A DNA stretch of 64,000 nt. Origin: Raja brachyura. Its lineage: Eukaryota. Positions within the stretch are counted from its first letter, which is position 1, and every line of letters begins with the position of its first letter. Shown piece by piece: positions 1 through 11,385 of this stretch. Under the pieces are notes generated by a model that was given only the letters and a program-made list of their open reading frames with translations, made no database searches and had not been told where the DNA came from. The translations under genes and the position numbers were made by a program. The DNA lies in contig OY740782.1 in the NCBI GenBank assembly GCA_963514005.1, positions 151,094,001 through 151,158,000 of the forward strand. The letters run 5' to 3'.

Positions 1-131
1 GTTACATTTTTGAATATCGTGTTGGATTTGTGAATGGTAGTTTGCACTCCATTTCCCAACTGTTATTATAGCTGTTGAAATAATTGCTCACCTCTCGTCT
101 TTGATGGTAAAAGCTGGACTTCCTAACGTGC

Positions 132-170
132 CGTTCTTGTACGGGTCTGACACTGAATCCTCACACTGTG
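132..170 (-). promoter_or_regulatory. V(D)J recombination signal sequence, 23-bp spacer, 3' of VH
   Basis: Minus strand: perfect heptamer CACAGTG (170-164), exactly 23-nt spacer (163-141), nonamer ACAAGAACG (140-132; 7/9 match to ACAAAAACC), directly after YYCAR. Confidence 0.95.
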
Positions 171-471
171 TTTCTCGCACAGTAATAGACAGCGGTGTCT
201 TCGATCCTCAGGTTCCTGGCGATCACGGTGAACATATTCGAACTGTCTTTGGACGGAGTAAATCGGCTCTTTATCCCCGGAGCATAGTACTCGCTACCAG
301 AACTGTAGTAGGTAAGCAGCCACTCCAGCCCCTGCCCGGGGACCTGACGGACCAAAGCCATAGAGTAGCTGCTAAGAGTGAACCCGCTGGTTTGACAGGT
401 CAGTGTGATGGAGCCTCCAGGAACGGCGGTCCCTGTCTTGGGCTGAGTTAGAACGACATCGGAATGGACAC
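171..471 (-). CDS. IGHV: Immunoglobulin heavy-chain V exon (germline, unrearranged; probably IgM-cluster VH)
   Basis: Acceptor ttgcag then open frame (R)[99 protein letters not shown]. Both Cys and the GLEW and EDTAVYYC motifs are present, no stops, ends at the RSS. Confidence 0.96.
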
Positions 472-646
472 CTGCAAGTTAAAAAAGGCATGAATGGTGA
501 GAATAAATTATTGACCATGAATCCCCCGATTCTAATTATCAATAGGAAATAAATTGGGAGGGTTCTAGAGTGGGTAGAAGGGGAACGGTGTAGTGGATAT
601 ACCACTGAGAAACTTGCGTGAGGAATTTGTCCAACTCATTACTCAC

Positions 647-692
647 GGACTATTAGCGCCAGGAACAGACTCAGTGAAACCGCCGACCTCAT
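647..692 (-). CDS. IGHV: IgH leader exon
   Basis: ATG at 692, MRSAVSLSLFLALIV plus 1 nt, donor GTGAGT (646-641); a 175-bp phase-1 intron joins in frame to the V exon. The MRSA-type leader resembles elasmobranch IgM leaders (from recall). Confidence 0.93.
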
Positions 693-749
693 CCCGCTGG
701 GAAGTGTGACCCGGTTTGTTTCTGTACAGAACCTCGCAACAAACCAACT

Positions 750-960
750 GCAAGGAAGTTGGACTTCGGACCATCTTAGAGAGGATTAAATACCCGGCAA
801 AAGAGGGTGCGGCTTTGGGCGGGACTTGTAAACCGAGAGGTGCAGCGGGCGGAGCTGAGACACGGCTCCCAACTCAACAGCAAGATGGACTCACGCTTTC
901 ACATCTATTAACTGATACAGATGCACAAGAGGTTAATAAAACAGCGTGCTTTTCCGCCCC
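750..960 (-). promoter_or_regulatory. VH promoter: TATA-like TATTTAA, three GC boxes, Ets-like site, no octamer
   Basis: TATTTAA at 792-786 (about 95 bp upstream of the ATG); GGGCGG at 817-822, 847-852 and 959-954; AGGAAGT at 753-759. Confidence 0.6.
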
Positions 961-1285
961 TTACACAATATAAACTCATGGTATAGTTGTAAATAAGATG
1001 GTGGAAAGATAGTGCAGGTTTTTCTTAAAATAACTTCGGAATTCCTCAAATTTATATTAAAATGCATCTGGGTGTGCGTGTGCTTGCGTGTGTGAGAGGG
1101 AGAGAGAGGAGAGGTGAGNNNNNNNNNNNNNNNNNNNNNNNNNNNNNNNNNNNNNNNNNNNNNNNNNNNNNNNNNNNNNNNNNNNNNNNNNNNNNNNNNN
1201 NNNNNNNNNNNNNNNNNNNNNNNNNNNNNNNNNNNNNNNNNNNNNNNNNNNNNNNNNNNNNNNNNNNNNNNNNNNNNNNNNNNNN

Positions 1286-1465
1286 GACACAAAATGCTGG
1301 AGAAACTCAGCGGGACAGGCAGCATCTCTGGAGACAAGGAATGTGTGACGTTTTGGGTCGAGACTCTTCTTCAGACCTCCAGAGATGCTGCCTGTCCCGC
1401 TGAGTTACTCCAGGAATTTGTGTCTAGCTTCGATTTAAAGCAGCATCTGCAGTTCTTTCCTACAC
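1286..1465. mobile_element. Penelope-derived palindromic terminal element with decayed hammerhead core
   Basis: Inverted repeat gacacaaa..ctcagcgggacaggcagcatctctggag / ctccagagatgctgcctgtcccgctgag..tgtgtc. The minus strand has CTGAAGA-A-GAGTCTCGACCC-AAAAC-GTC. Confidence 0.7.
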
Positions 1466-1501
1466 ATTCCAATATCAACATACATTTATTTGTCACATGT
1501 C

Positions 1502-2958
1502 CCTCATTTCCCAATGTTCAATAGATTCAGGGGGAGTTCCTGTAGATTGGAGGATAGCTAATGTTGTCACACTTTTCAAGAAAGGAGCGAGAGAGAAAAC
1601 GGGGAATTACAGACCAGTTAGCCTGACTTCGGTGGTGGGAAAGATGCTGGAGTCGATTATTAAAGATGTTACCGCGGCACATTTGGAAAGCAATGACAGC
1701 ATTGGTCAAAGTCAGCATGGCTTTATGAAAGAGAAATCATGCTTGACTAATCTGGAATTTTTTGAGGATGTGACAAGTAAAATGGATGAAGGGGTGCCAG
1801 TGGATATAGTGTATCTAGACTTTCAGAAAGCCTTTGATAAGGTCCCACACAGGAGACTGGTGACTAAAATTAAAGCACATGGTATTAGGGGTAGGGTGTT
1901 AACATGGATAGAAAATTGGGTTGGCAGACCGGAAGCAAAGAGGAGGAGTGCCGCAAGGCTCGGTGTTGGAGCCGCGACTGTTTACCATATATAGTAATGA
2001 TTTGGAAGAGGGAATTAGGAGCAACACTAGCAAGTTTGCGGATGATACAAAGCTGGATGGCAGTGTGAACTGTGAAGAGGACGTTCGGAGGTTGCAGGGT
2101 GACGTGGACAGGTTGTGTGAGTGGGCAGATGCATGGCAGATGAAGTACAATATAGATAAATGTGAGGTTATCCACTTTGGTGGCAAAAACAAGGGGGCAG
2201 ATAATTATCTCAATGGGGTTAGGTTCGGTAAGGGGGAGGTGCAGCGAGACCTGGGTGTCCTTGTATACCTGAAAGTTGGCAGGTACAGCAGGCAGAGAAG
2301 AAAGCTAATGGAATGTTGGCCTTCATAACAAGAGGATTTCAGTATAGGAGTAAAGAGGTTCTTCTGCAGTTGTATTGGGCTCTGGTGAGACCACATCTGG
2401 AGTATTGTGTACAGTTTTGGTCTCTTAATTTGAGGAAGGACACCCTTGTGATTGAGGCAGTGCAGCGTAGGTTCACGAGATTGATCCCTGGGATGGTGGG
2501 ACTGTCATATGAGGAAAGATTGAAAAAACTAGGCTTGTATTCACTGGAGTTTAGTAGGATGAGTGGAGATCTTATAGAAACATATAAAATTATAAAAGAC
2601 TGGACAAGCTAGATGCAGGAAAAATGTTCCCAATGTTGGGCGAGTCCAGAACCAGGGGCCACAGTCTTAGAATAAAGGGGAGGCCATTTAAGACTGAGGT
2701 GAGAAAAAACTTTTCACCCAGAGAGTTATGAATTTAGGGAATTCCCTGCCACAGAGGGCAGTTGAGGCCAAGTCACTGGATGGATTTAAGAGAGAGTTAG
2801 ATAGAGCTCGAGGGGCTAGTGGAATCAAGGAATATGGGGAGAAGGCAGGCACGGGTTATTGATAGGGGACAATCAGCCATGATCACAGTGAATGGCCGTG
2901 CTGGCTAGAAGGGCCAAATGGCCTCCTCCTGCAACTATTTTCTATGTTTCTATGTTTT
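1502..2958 (+). mobile_element. CR1 LINE (HER1-like family A), 5'-truncated and frameshifted
   Basis: RT peptides [36 protein letters not shown]; 3' tail (TTTCTATG)n. Confidence 0.93.
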
Positions 2959-3713
2959 ACATGGTAAATGGTAGGGAATTGAAGAATACAGTTGAACAGA
3001 GGGATCTGGGAATAACCGTGCATAGTTCCTTGAAGGTGGAATATCATATAGATAGGGTGGTAAAGAAAGCTTTTGGTATGCTAGCCTTTATAAATCAGAG
3101 CATTGAGTGTAGAAGCTGGGATGTAATGTTAAAATTGTACAAGGCATTGGTGAGACCAAATCTGGAGTATGGTGTACAATTTTGGTCGTCCAATTATAGG
3201 AAGGATGTCAACAAAATAGAGAGGGTACAGAGGAGATTTAATAGAATGTTGCCTGGGTTTCAACAGCTAAGTTACAGAGATAGGTTGAATAAGTTAGGTC
3301 TTTATTCTCTGGAACGCAGAAGGTTAAGGGGGGACTTGATAGAGGTCTTTAAAATGATGAGAGGGATAGACAGAGTTGATGTGGACAAGCTTTTCCCTTT
3401 GAGAATAGGGAAGATTCAAACAAGAGGACATGACTTTAGAATTAAGGGACAGAAGTTTAAGGGTAACATGAGGGGGAACTTCTTTACTCAGAGAGTGGTA
3501 GCGGTGTGGAATGAGCTTCCAGTGGAAATGGTGGTGGCAGGTTTGTTGGTATCATTTAAAAATAAATTGGATAGGCATATGGATGAGAAGGGTATGGAGG
3601 GTTTTGTTATTAGTGTAGGCAGGTGGGACTAAGGGAAAAAAGTTGTGCGGCACGGACTTGAAGGGCCGAGATGGCCTGTTTCCGTGCTGTAATTGTTATA
3701 TGGTTATATGGTT
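2957..3713 (+). mobile_element. CR1 LINE family B, 3' fragment
   Basis: LVRPNLEYGVQFW..RGDLIEVFK peptide; distinct (GGTTATAT)n tail. Confidence 0.9.
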
Positions 3714-3719
3714 CTATGT

Positions 3720-4909
3720 CCCAGTTGGTACAGCGAAATGTGTGGTCACCATACAGCCCTACAGATAAAATGTCAATACTGAGAGTTGTTACATAAAAGG
3801 CAGTTGAGGAAATAGATACAAAGCAAACACAAAATTCTATTAAAATGTCATTAAGAGATCGGAAGGAAATTAATGGATGGCATAGTGCAGGAGGGGAATT
3901 GTAGATCGGTGCAGTGATTGGAGAAATTATCGGCATTAGTGATGATTCATGCGGTGTTGATTTTCAGATGCTGCTTCCAAAGAGCAAAGTTGAATGAAGG
4001 CACATTCTAACCAATCAATCAATGAGCATATTTGTTGGATAGTGTTTCAATGATTCAGACTGCACTGGTTGGGCGGATGGTGTCGAAAAGTCTAATAGAG
4101 ATATCTGAAGAAGAATCCACTAGAGTTATCTGAGGAGATAGATAAAAATAGTAGTTAACCGATTTGTGAGGAAAACACGAGGAGTGTCGAACATTTAAGG
4201 TGCATGCGGGCAATTATAGTTTCCCGCGTTCCAACATAGTATTCTTCTGTGACTTGAATTTTAATTCATCATTGTATTTTCTATGCATCTGTGAATTTGT
4301 CACGTGTGGCATTCATATGTATGCAGAGAATGTTATTGATCCCAGCCATTGTTGGTAAATACAGGGATATGATACATGTTCTCAGTTAAGCTAGCTTTGT
4401 AGAAAATATTATTGACTAACATCATCTATATGCACTTCAACCTTATTTTTACAGGAGAGAACGTTGACAATGTAAAATAAATGTCTCTGATGTAATCTGT
4501 TCGGAGATTTGCATTTCTTTCTCACTTTATCTGTTTTCCGCCTCTGGGGAAACATTGATTCTGTTTCTGTCCTTCAGTAAACGAACCTGGGTCTGTGGCT
4601 GTTGAAATCAGCCTTTATTTAAATCAGCTCATCTCTGCTACCAGCCATTTTTAGAGCAACACAAACAAGGCAATGAAGATATAATTATCAACGGCTATTA
4701 TATGTTTTAACGATATTGGCAGTTGGCGCGAATCAAAGGAATTCTCCGAGGGAGTCTATTTTATCATATCTTGTTCAAATAAAATTACGTGGTTTTATAT
4801 TACGGATTCACTTTGAATATTATTTTGTTGTCCACTTGAATCTCCACTTGAAGAAATGTCTAAGCACGTGAGGTCAATGGAGGAATCGAGTTCTTTCCAC
4901 ACCTCCACT
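3720..4909 (-). pseudogene. Decayed multi-Ig-domain coding stretch (V-C2-V-C2, CD4/LAG-3-like)
   Basis: Ordered motifs across frameshifts. V: VEVWKELDSSIDLTC, FFKWRFK, SENSFDSRQLPISLKHIIAVDNYIFI(C). C2: RLISTATDPGSFTEGQ..QC..IK*ER, FYIVNV, KCI. V: ILC..DA*K, LSIS/QITLVDS. C2: FIQLCSL..TA*, FCVCFV. Confidence 0.5.
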
Positions 4910-4927
4910 GTAGGTTTTTCATTATTA

Positions 4928-5148
4928 ACACACATACACTTACGCACGCACACACACAAAATTACACATACACACACGTACGCACGCATACACACATATC
5001 AGCACACACACTCGCATTCACAAACACACACACTCACACACGCAGACTCAGACACACACACTCAGACACACACACGTAAGCACGCACAAATACACACACT
5101 CACACACACACATAGGCGCACACTCACTCACACACACAGCAGCACACA
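4928..5148. repeat. Degenerate (CA)n microsatellite
   Basis: Direct reading. Confidence 0.9.
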
Positions 5149-5659
5149 TCAGGCCCGTACGAAGCTTTTCAAAAAGGGGGGTGGCATGATAGGGTTACAA
5201 AACATTTATGTGAAGTAATGTGCGCACAGAGCACATCACGAGCGTGAAGGCCCTCACGGCTGGGGTTTTAGATGATATCTGTTGCACTTTGAGCCTTATC
5301 TAAGTTTCACTGAGAAATTCCATATTTTGATGGGTGAAAATCAGTATTTTGTTGGGGAAATCGGTATTTCTCACTTAAATGCAATGGAACGTACTACATA
5401 GAAACTAGATTTTTGAAAATCAGTGGTTTGCATGCAACCTCATGTATTCTCAAATATCATTATGGAATACTGAAAATCAGTACTACTGCATTGTGAAACC
5501 ATTTTTGAAATGTGAATTTATAATTCTTGATTTTGATTCCATAACATACAAATATATAATAATATACATATTTGACCCCCATGTCGCCCCCGGATTTTGG
5601 AATATTCAATTGAAATATTTCCTGACCAAATTCGTGATGTATACGACCAACTGTAGAAG

Positions 5660-5960
5660 TTAAACCTGGATAAATCCAACATATAGTTGTGAATGTTGCT
5701 CAATAAATAACTACAGCACTGATACTCCATATTAAGAGCACTGATTTGCTGTTAAAATGAATTCCGTAATAACGTGGCAACGGTAGCTGTGACAATCGAA
5801 CACTGCGGTTTTAATGCTTCACGTGTTCACAATTTAATAATCCATCTTAATAGATTAAATCAAATAATAACATTGGGAATTAAAACACACTTGATTGTAT
5901 TCCGCTATCAAACATCGTCAATGTTTGCTCTGAAGACATTTCCAGCGCAGTAGGGTCGGT
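5660..5960 (-). pseudogene. Further decayed Ig V-end plus C2 remnant
   Basis: LTMFDSG (V F-strand), then in one frame DGLLNCEH..RSVRLS..HFNSKSVLLIWSISAVVIY*. Confidence 0.35.
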
Positions 5961-6010
5961 GGGTGGATGAATCAGAGCAGGATGAATAGATAGCGGGGGG
6001 TTGAGAGGGC

Positions 6011-6228
6011 AATCAATAGACAATAGGTGCAGGAGTAGGCCATTCGGCCCTTCCAGCCAGCACCGCCATTCAATGTGATCATGGCTGATCATCCCCAATC
6101 AGTACCCCGTTCCTGCCTTCTCCCGCTGTTCCCTGACTCCGCTATTTTTAAGAACCCTATCTAGCTCTCTCTTGAAAGCATCCAGAGAACCTGCCTCCAC
6201 CGCCCTCTGAGGCAGATAATTCCACAGA
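6011..6228 (-). mobile_element. CR1-A 3' end fragment
   Basis: Reverse-complement 3' UTR ggagtaggccattcggccc and (caataga)n tail. Confidence 0.88.
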
Positions 6229-6319
6229 CGGTGCGGAACGGATGGATTGAGGCAGGGGAATTAGTGCGTGTCGGTTGCATTAGCTAGAATTTTAAAGGGG
6301 GGGCGCAGGGGATTATCAG

Positions 6320-6800
6320 TGGCGATCAGTACGGGATGGATTGGGATGGAAGAATCAGTAAAGGATGGATTATGGAGTTCAGTGCAGGACAAATGGGAGG
6401 TCAGTACAGGATTAATGGGAGGGATCAGAACAGGATGAATGGGAGGGGGGGGCAGTACAGGATGAATGGAGGACAGTACAGGATGGGGGGATCAGTGCAG
6501 GATGGATGGGGGGGGGGACAGTACAGATGGGGGGGAAGTCAGTGTTGGATCGAAGGGGGCATCAGTACCGGATTAATGGGGAGATCAGTGCAGGATAAAT
6601 GGAGGGGGGTGTCAGTACAGGACGAATGGGGGAAGTAGTGCAGGATGGATGGGAAAGGGGGTCCGTGCAGGATGAATTGGGGGTCCATTGTAGGATGGAT
6701 GGGGGATGGCAGGAGAATCAATGTGAGGTGGATAGGGAGATCAGTGCAGGATGTATAGATGGGGGGGAGAGAGCACAGGGGATGTCAGTGAGGACTGAAT
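6320..6800. repeat. Degenerate ~20-22-bp G-rich minisatellite (CAGTACAGGATGAATGGGGG-like)
   Basis: Roughly 20 diverged copies seen directly. Confidence 0.8.
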
Positions 6801-6903
6801 AGAGGCGGGAATTGGGATCAGCGGGTCAGGCAGCATCTCGGGAGAAAAGGAATAAGTGACGTGAGAGTCGGGGTCCCAGGATAACGGGGGTGGAGGGCGC
6901 ACA

Positions 6904-6937
<34 letters not shown>

Positions 6938-6999
6938 GGAAGGGGCAGAGGAGGTGGGGAGGAAGGAAGGTCAGCGCTCCTTGGACAACACCGGCATCA

Positions 7000-7790
7000 T
7001 TTCCCCGCTGCCTTGGCCGTCCCTGCCTCCCTCCCTCCCCCTTTGCGGCGGCACTTAGTTGGGAACTCTTCGCCACCGCCTCCCCTCCGGAGTGGCACAT
7101 AGCGACCGCTATGGGGGCGCGCGGGGCCGCCGCTGCTGCTGCTGTTGGGCGAGGCCCGACATTCGCTCCGACCCTCGGTCACCCCGCACTCCAGCCTCCG
7201 CCGCCCAAAGCCCAAAGCGAGGGCCCGCGGCGGGGAGGGGGAGGGGGAGGGGGAGGGGGAGGGGGGCGAGGGAGCGGCCGAAGAGGCGCCTGGTGACGGG
7301 TCACTGCCGCTGCCAGCAGTGTTCAGTCAGTCAGTCCTTCCCGCTTCCCACCCGGTGACGGGAGAACGGACCGCCCGCCCGCCCGCCCGCCCGCCCGCCG
7401 GCAGCGGCCCCTCTCCATGGCCGGCGGGGGGCGAGGCTCAGGCTCCGACGCCGCGGATGGATGGATGGATGGATGGATGGAGGCGATCGATGCCCCGCGC
7501 TGGGAGACACCGCAACGGAGAAGCGGCCACTCCTTTTTGTCCCAAATCATCCCGCGGGTCGGATTGGACCATTCGCGGGGAGTTTAAAACACCCGATAAA
7601 AAAACAAACGGCTTCCCTCTCCCGTAACACAACGTAACACAATATTTCACGGCCCAATATTTTACTCACCCAAACTAGGCCCGGGGCGTCGAGTCGAGGC
7701 GAGGCATTTAAAATGGCGGCGTCTAATGCCGCCCACTGCGCGTGCGCGGAGAGACGGAGCGTCACCAGCTTCCCCCCAACTGCGCAGGTC
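7000..7790. promoter_or_regulatory. CpG-island-like GC-rich segment with YY1 and NRF1-like motifs (possibly transposon interior)
   Basis: Dense CpG; AAAATGGCGGC near 7710; TGCGCGTGCGC near 7737; (GCCC)n and (GGAT)n runs. Confidence 0.5.
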
Positions 7791-8012
7791 GCTAATATTT
7801 GTTTTCAAATCATCCCGCGGCTCAATTTGTTTTTATTCTGGAAAAAAGGGGGGGTGCGTCCGTACCCAACGCAACCCCCCTTCGGACGGCCATGTCACAT
7901 ACATCAAGCACGATCCACTGCCATGTACGTCCAGGCCCAAGTAAGAATCTAATTGTACCGCTCTCGGCATTTATGAAAATTATACATTCTTGATACTTGA
8001 CCCGTCATGTGT

Positions 8013-9735
8013 TAGAAACATGGAGGAAACATAGAAACATAGGAAAATATGTGCAGGAGTAGGCCATTCGGCCCTTCGAACAGGAACCACCATTCAACAT
8101 AATCATGGCTGATCATCTAAATTCAGTACCCCATTCCTGCTTTTCCCCCATATTCCTTGATTCCATTATTCCTAAGAGCTAAATCTAACTCTCTCTTGAA
8201 AAGATCCAGTGAATTGGCCTCCGCTGCGTTCTGTGGCAGAGAGTTGCACAGATTCACAACTCTCTGGATGATTTTTTTTACCCTCATCTCAGTCCTGCAT
8301 GGCCTATCCCTTATTCTTAAACTGTGACCCCTGGTTCTGGACTCCCCCAACGTCGGGAACATTTTTCCTGCATCTAGCCTCTCAGTCCCGCCATCCTGGC
8401 AATTGACCTGGTGAACCTACGCTGCACTCCCTCAATAGCAATAATGTCCTTCCTGAAATTTGGAGACCAAAATTGCACACAATATTCCAGGTGCGGTCTC
8501 ACCTGAGCCCTGTACAACTGCCAGTAGGACCACCTTGCTCCGAAACTCAAATCCTCTCGCAATGTGCCATTAGATTTCTTCACTGCCTGCCGTACCTGCA
8601 TGCTTGCTGTCAGTGACTAATGTACAAGCACACCCAGGTCTCGTTGCACCTCCCCTTTTCCAAATCTGACACCATTCAGATAATAAACTGCCTTCCTGTT
8701 CTTGCTACCAAAGTGGGGAACCTCACATGTATCCACATTATACTACATGCATCTGTCTTATTTTAAGTCACCTTGCAGACTCATAACATCCTCATTGCAA
8801 CTCCCACTGCCACCCAGCTTTGTGTCATCTGTAAACTTAACTTGGAAATTACACATTTAATTCCCTCGTCTAAATCGTTAATAAATATTGTAAATAACTG
8901 GGGTCCCAGCACCGAGCCTTGACGCACATCATTTGTCACTGCCTGGCATTCGGAAAAGGACCAGTTAATGCCTATTCTTTGCTTCCTGTCTGCTAACCAG
9001 TTCTCCATCCACGTCAATACCCTTCCCCAATACCATGTGATCTAATTTTTCACACTAATCCCTTGTGTGGGACCTTGGCAAAGGATTTTTGAAAGTCCGG
9101 ATGCACCACATCCACTGGCTCTACCTTATCCATTCTACTTGTTACATCCTCAAAAATTTCCAGAAGATTAGTCAAGCATGATTTTCCTTCATAAAGCCAT
9201 GCTGACTTTGACCAATGCTGTCATTGCTTTCCAAATGCGCCGCTGTAACATCTTTAATAATCGACTCCAGCATCTTCCCCAGCACCGATGTAAGGATAAC
9301 TGGTCTCTAATTCCCAGTTTTCTCTCTCCCTCCTTTCTTAAAAAGTGGAGTTACAACGGTTACCCTCCAGTATACAGGAACGGATCCAGACGAGAGAATA
9401 TTGAAAAATGATAACCAATGCATTCACGATTTCTAGGGCCACCTCCTTGAGTACTCTGGGATGCAAACCATCAGGCCCTGGGGATTTATCTTCCTTCAGT
9501 CCCAACAGTTTACATAACACCATTTCCTGGCTAACGTGTGTTCCCTTCATTTCCTCCCTCCCACTAAATCCTCGGTCCCCAAGTATTTCTGGGAGATTTT
9601 TTGTGTCCTCCTTAGTAAATACTGAACCAACGTACTCGTTTAACTGTTCTGCCATTTCCTTGCTTTCCATTAGAAATTCACCTGTCTCTGATTGTAAGTG
9701 ACCTAAATTTTCTTCACTGATCTTTTCCTTTTTAT
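8013..9735 (-). mobile_element. CR1-A LINE, truncated and degenerate
   Basis: [25 protein letters not shown] and RPHLEYCVQFW on the minus strand; tail at 8013-8045. Confidence 0.92.
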
Positions 9736-9774
9736 CAAGGGGGTAGTTAGTGTGGGGGTGGTTAGTGTGATGCC

Positions 9775-9830
9775 GCATGCCCCCCACCCCGCAAACGCGC
9801 GTTGCGGAAACAGACCCAACTTGGTCTAGT
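9775..9830 (+). mobile_element. Helitron-like 3' terminus
   Basis: GC hairpin CCGCAA-acgcgcg-TTGCGG (9789-9807) followed 18 nt later by CTAG|T (9826-9830). Confidence 0.55.
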
Positions 9831-10314
9831 ACTTATTTTAAACTCTGTGTGTGTGTGTGTGGGTGTCTTATGGGTGTATGTCACATTCCATTTTTTTTTC
9901 AGATAACATTTTTGCCCTTTGATTCCGTGGTCCGCCTAAACCAGAAGCTCCAACGCCATGATTTTTTCCATTTTGCTAGACATTACACTTTTACATTCAC
10001 TAATGCACTCCTCATTACATTTAGACATTTTTACGTGCACAATTTGTAATATAATCCTTCCCCCCCCACAATATTTCAAAATGTTAAAAAAAAATCAAAC
10101 TGCTCTCACCCACAGAATGTTAGTGAACGTGCCATTGTGTGATGTCACAATGCCCAATGCTCACAGATGTCCAATCGGAATGGATCTCCTTTACATCTTC
10201 CTTTGCCCTAGCCCCCCCCCCCCCCCCCCGCAGCCTGTGTTGAAACGCGTGATCACATGTGTGGGAATAGAGATAGAGAATTGGGGGTGAGAGGGAGTGG
10301 GGAATAGATGGACT

Positions 10315-11385
10315 GCCCCTACCCCTTCCCCTCCCACTCTACCTCCCCACTCTTTCCCCTCTCCCCCCACCCCTCTCCCCCTCCCTTCGCACTCTTCCCC
10401 CTCCCTCCCCTACCCCATCTTGCTCCTCCCCTCCCTCCCCATCCCTCCCCCCCTCCCCCACACCTCTCTCCCCCTTCCCCATCCCTCTCTCCTCCCCATC
10501 CCTCTCTCCTCCCCCCTCTCCATCTCCCTCTCCTCACCCCTCTCCCTCTCCTCCCCTTCCTCCTCCCACCCCATCCATCTCTCCCCCACCCCTCTTTCCT
10601 CTCCCCCCACCCCCTTCCCCCTCCCCATTCTTTCCCCTCCCTACACACTCTTCCTCCTCTCTCCCCTACCCCTCTCTCCTCCCCCTCCCCATCTCCCTCT
10701 CCTCACCCCTCTCCCTCTCCCCATCCTCCTTCCACCCCATCCCTCTCTCCCCACCCCCTTCCCTCTCTCCCCACCCCCCTTCCCTCTCTCCCACACCCCT
10801 TTCACCTACCCCGCTGTCCCTCTTCCACCACTCCCCCTACCCCTCTCTCCATTTCCTCCCCACTTCCACTTTTCCCGCTCCCCATCCCTCTCCCTCCCCA
10901 CGCCTCTCCCCCCCACCCCTCTCTCGCCCCCTCTCTCCACCCATCCCTTTTTCCCTACCCCTCTCCACCCCTCTCCCTTCCCCTCCGTCCCCCCTCCCCC
11001 TCTCCCCTTCCCTCCCCACTATTCGACATCTCCCCCCTTCCCCCACCCCTGTCCCTCCCCACTTCTCTCCCTCCCCCTCACTCCCTATCTCACCCCCACC
11101 CCTTTCCCCTACCCCTTTCACCCTCTTCCACCACTCCCCCTACCCCTTCCCCTCCCTCTATCCCACTTCCACCACTCCCCCTTACACCTCTCCCTTTCTC
11201 CTCACCCCTCTCCCTCCTCCTACCCCCTCTCTCCCCCCAACCCTCTTCTATCTCCCCTCCACCCCCTCCCCTCTCTCTTGCACCACTCCCTGCTACCCCT
11301 CACCCCCTCACTCCCCACTCTTCCCCTCCCCTCCTCTCTCCCCCTCCCCTCTCTCCCCCTCCCCTTTCTCCCCCTCCACTCCAAG
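10315..11385. repeat. ~1.07-kb polypyrimidine/polypurine low-complexity tract
   Basis: Almost exclusively C/T on the plus strand. Confidence 0.95.

Noticed and set aside
1-131. D or J segments of the IgH cluster
   Set aside because: No additional RSS visible; they would lie beyond the window start.
4507-4514. Octamer ATGCAAAT as a VH enhancer (also 36038-36045)
   Set aside because: Far from the VH start and inside inferred former coding sequence; chance occurrence is plausible.
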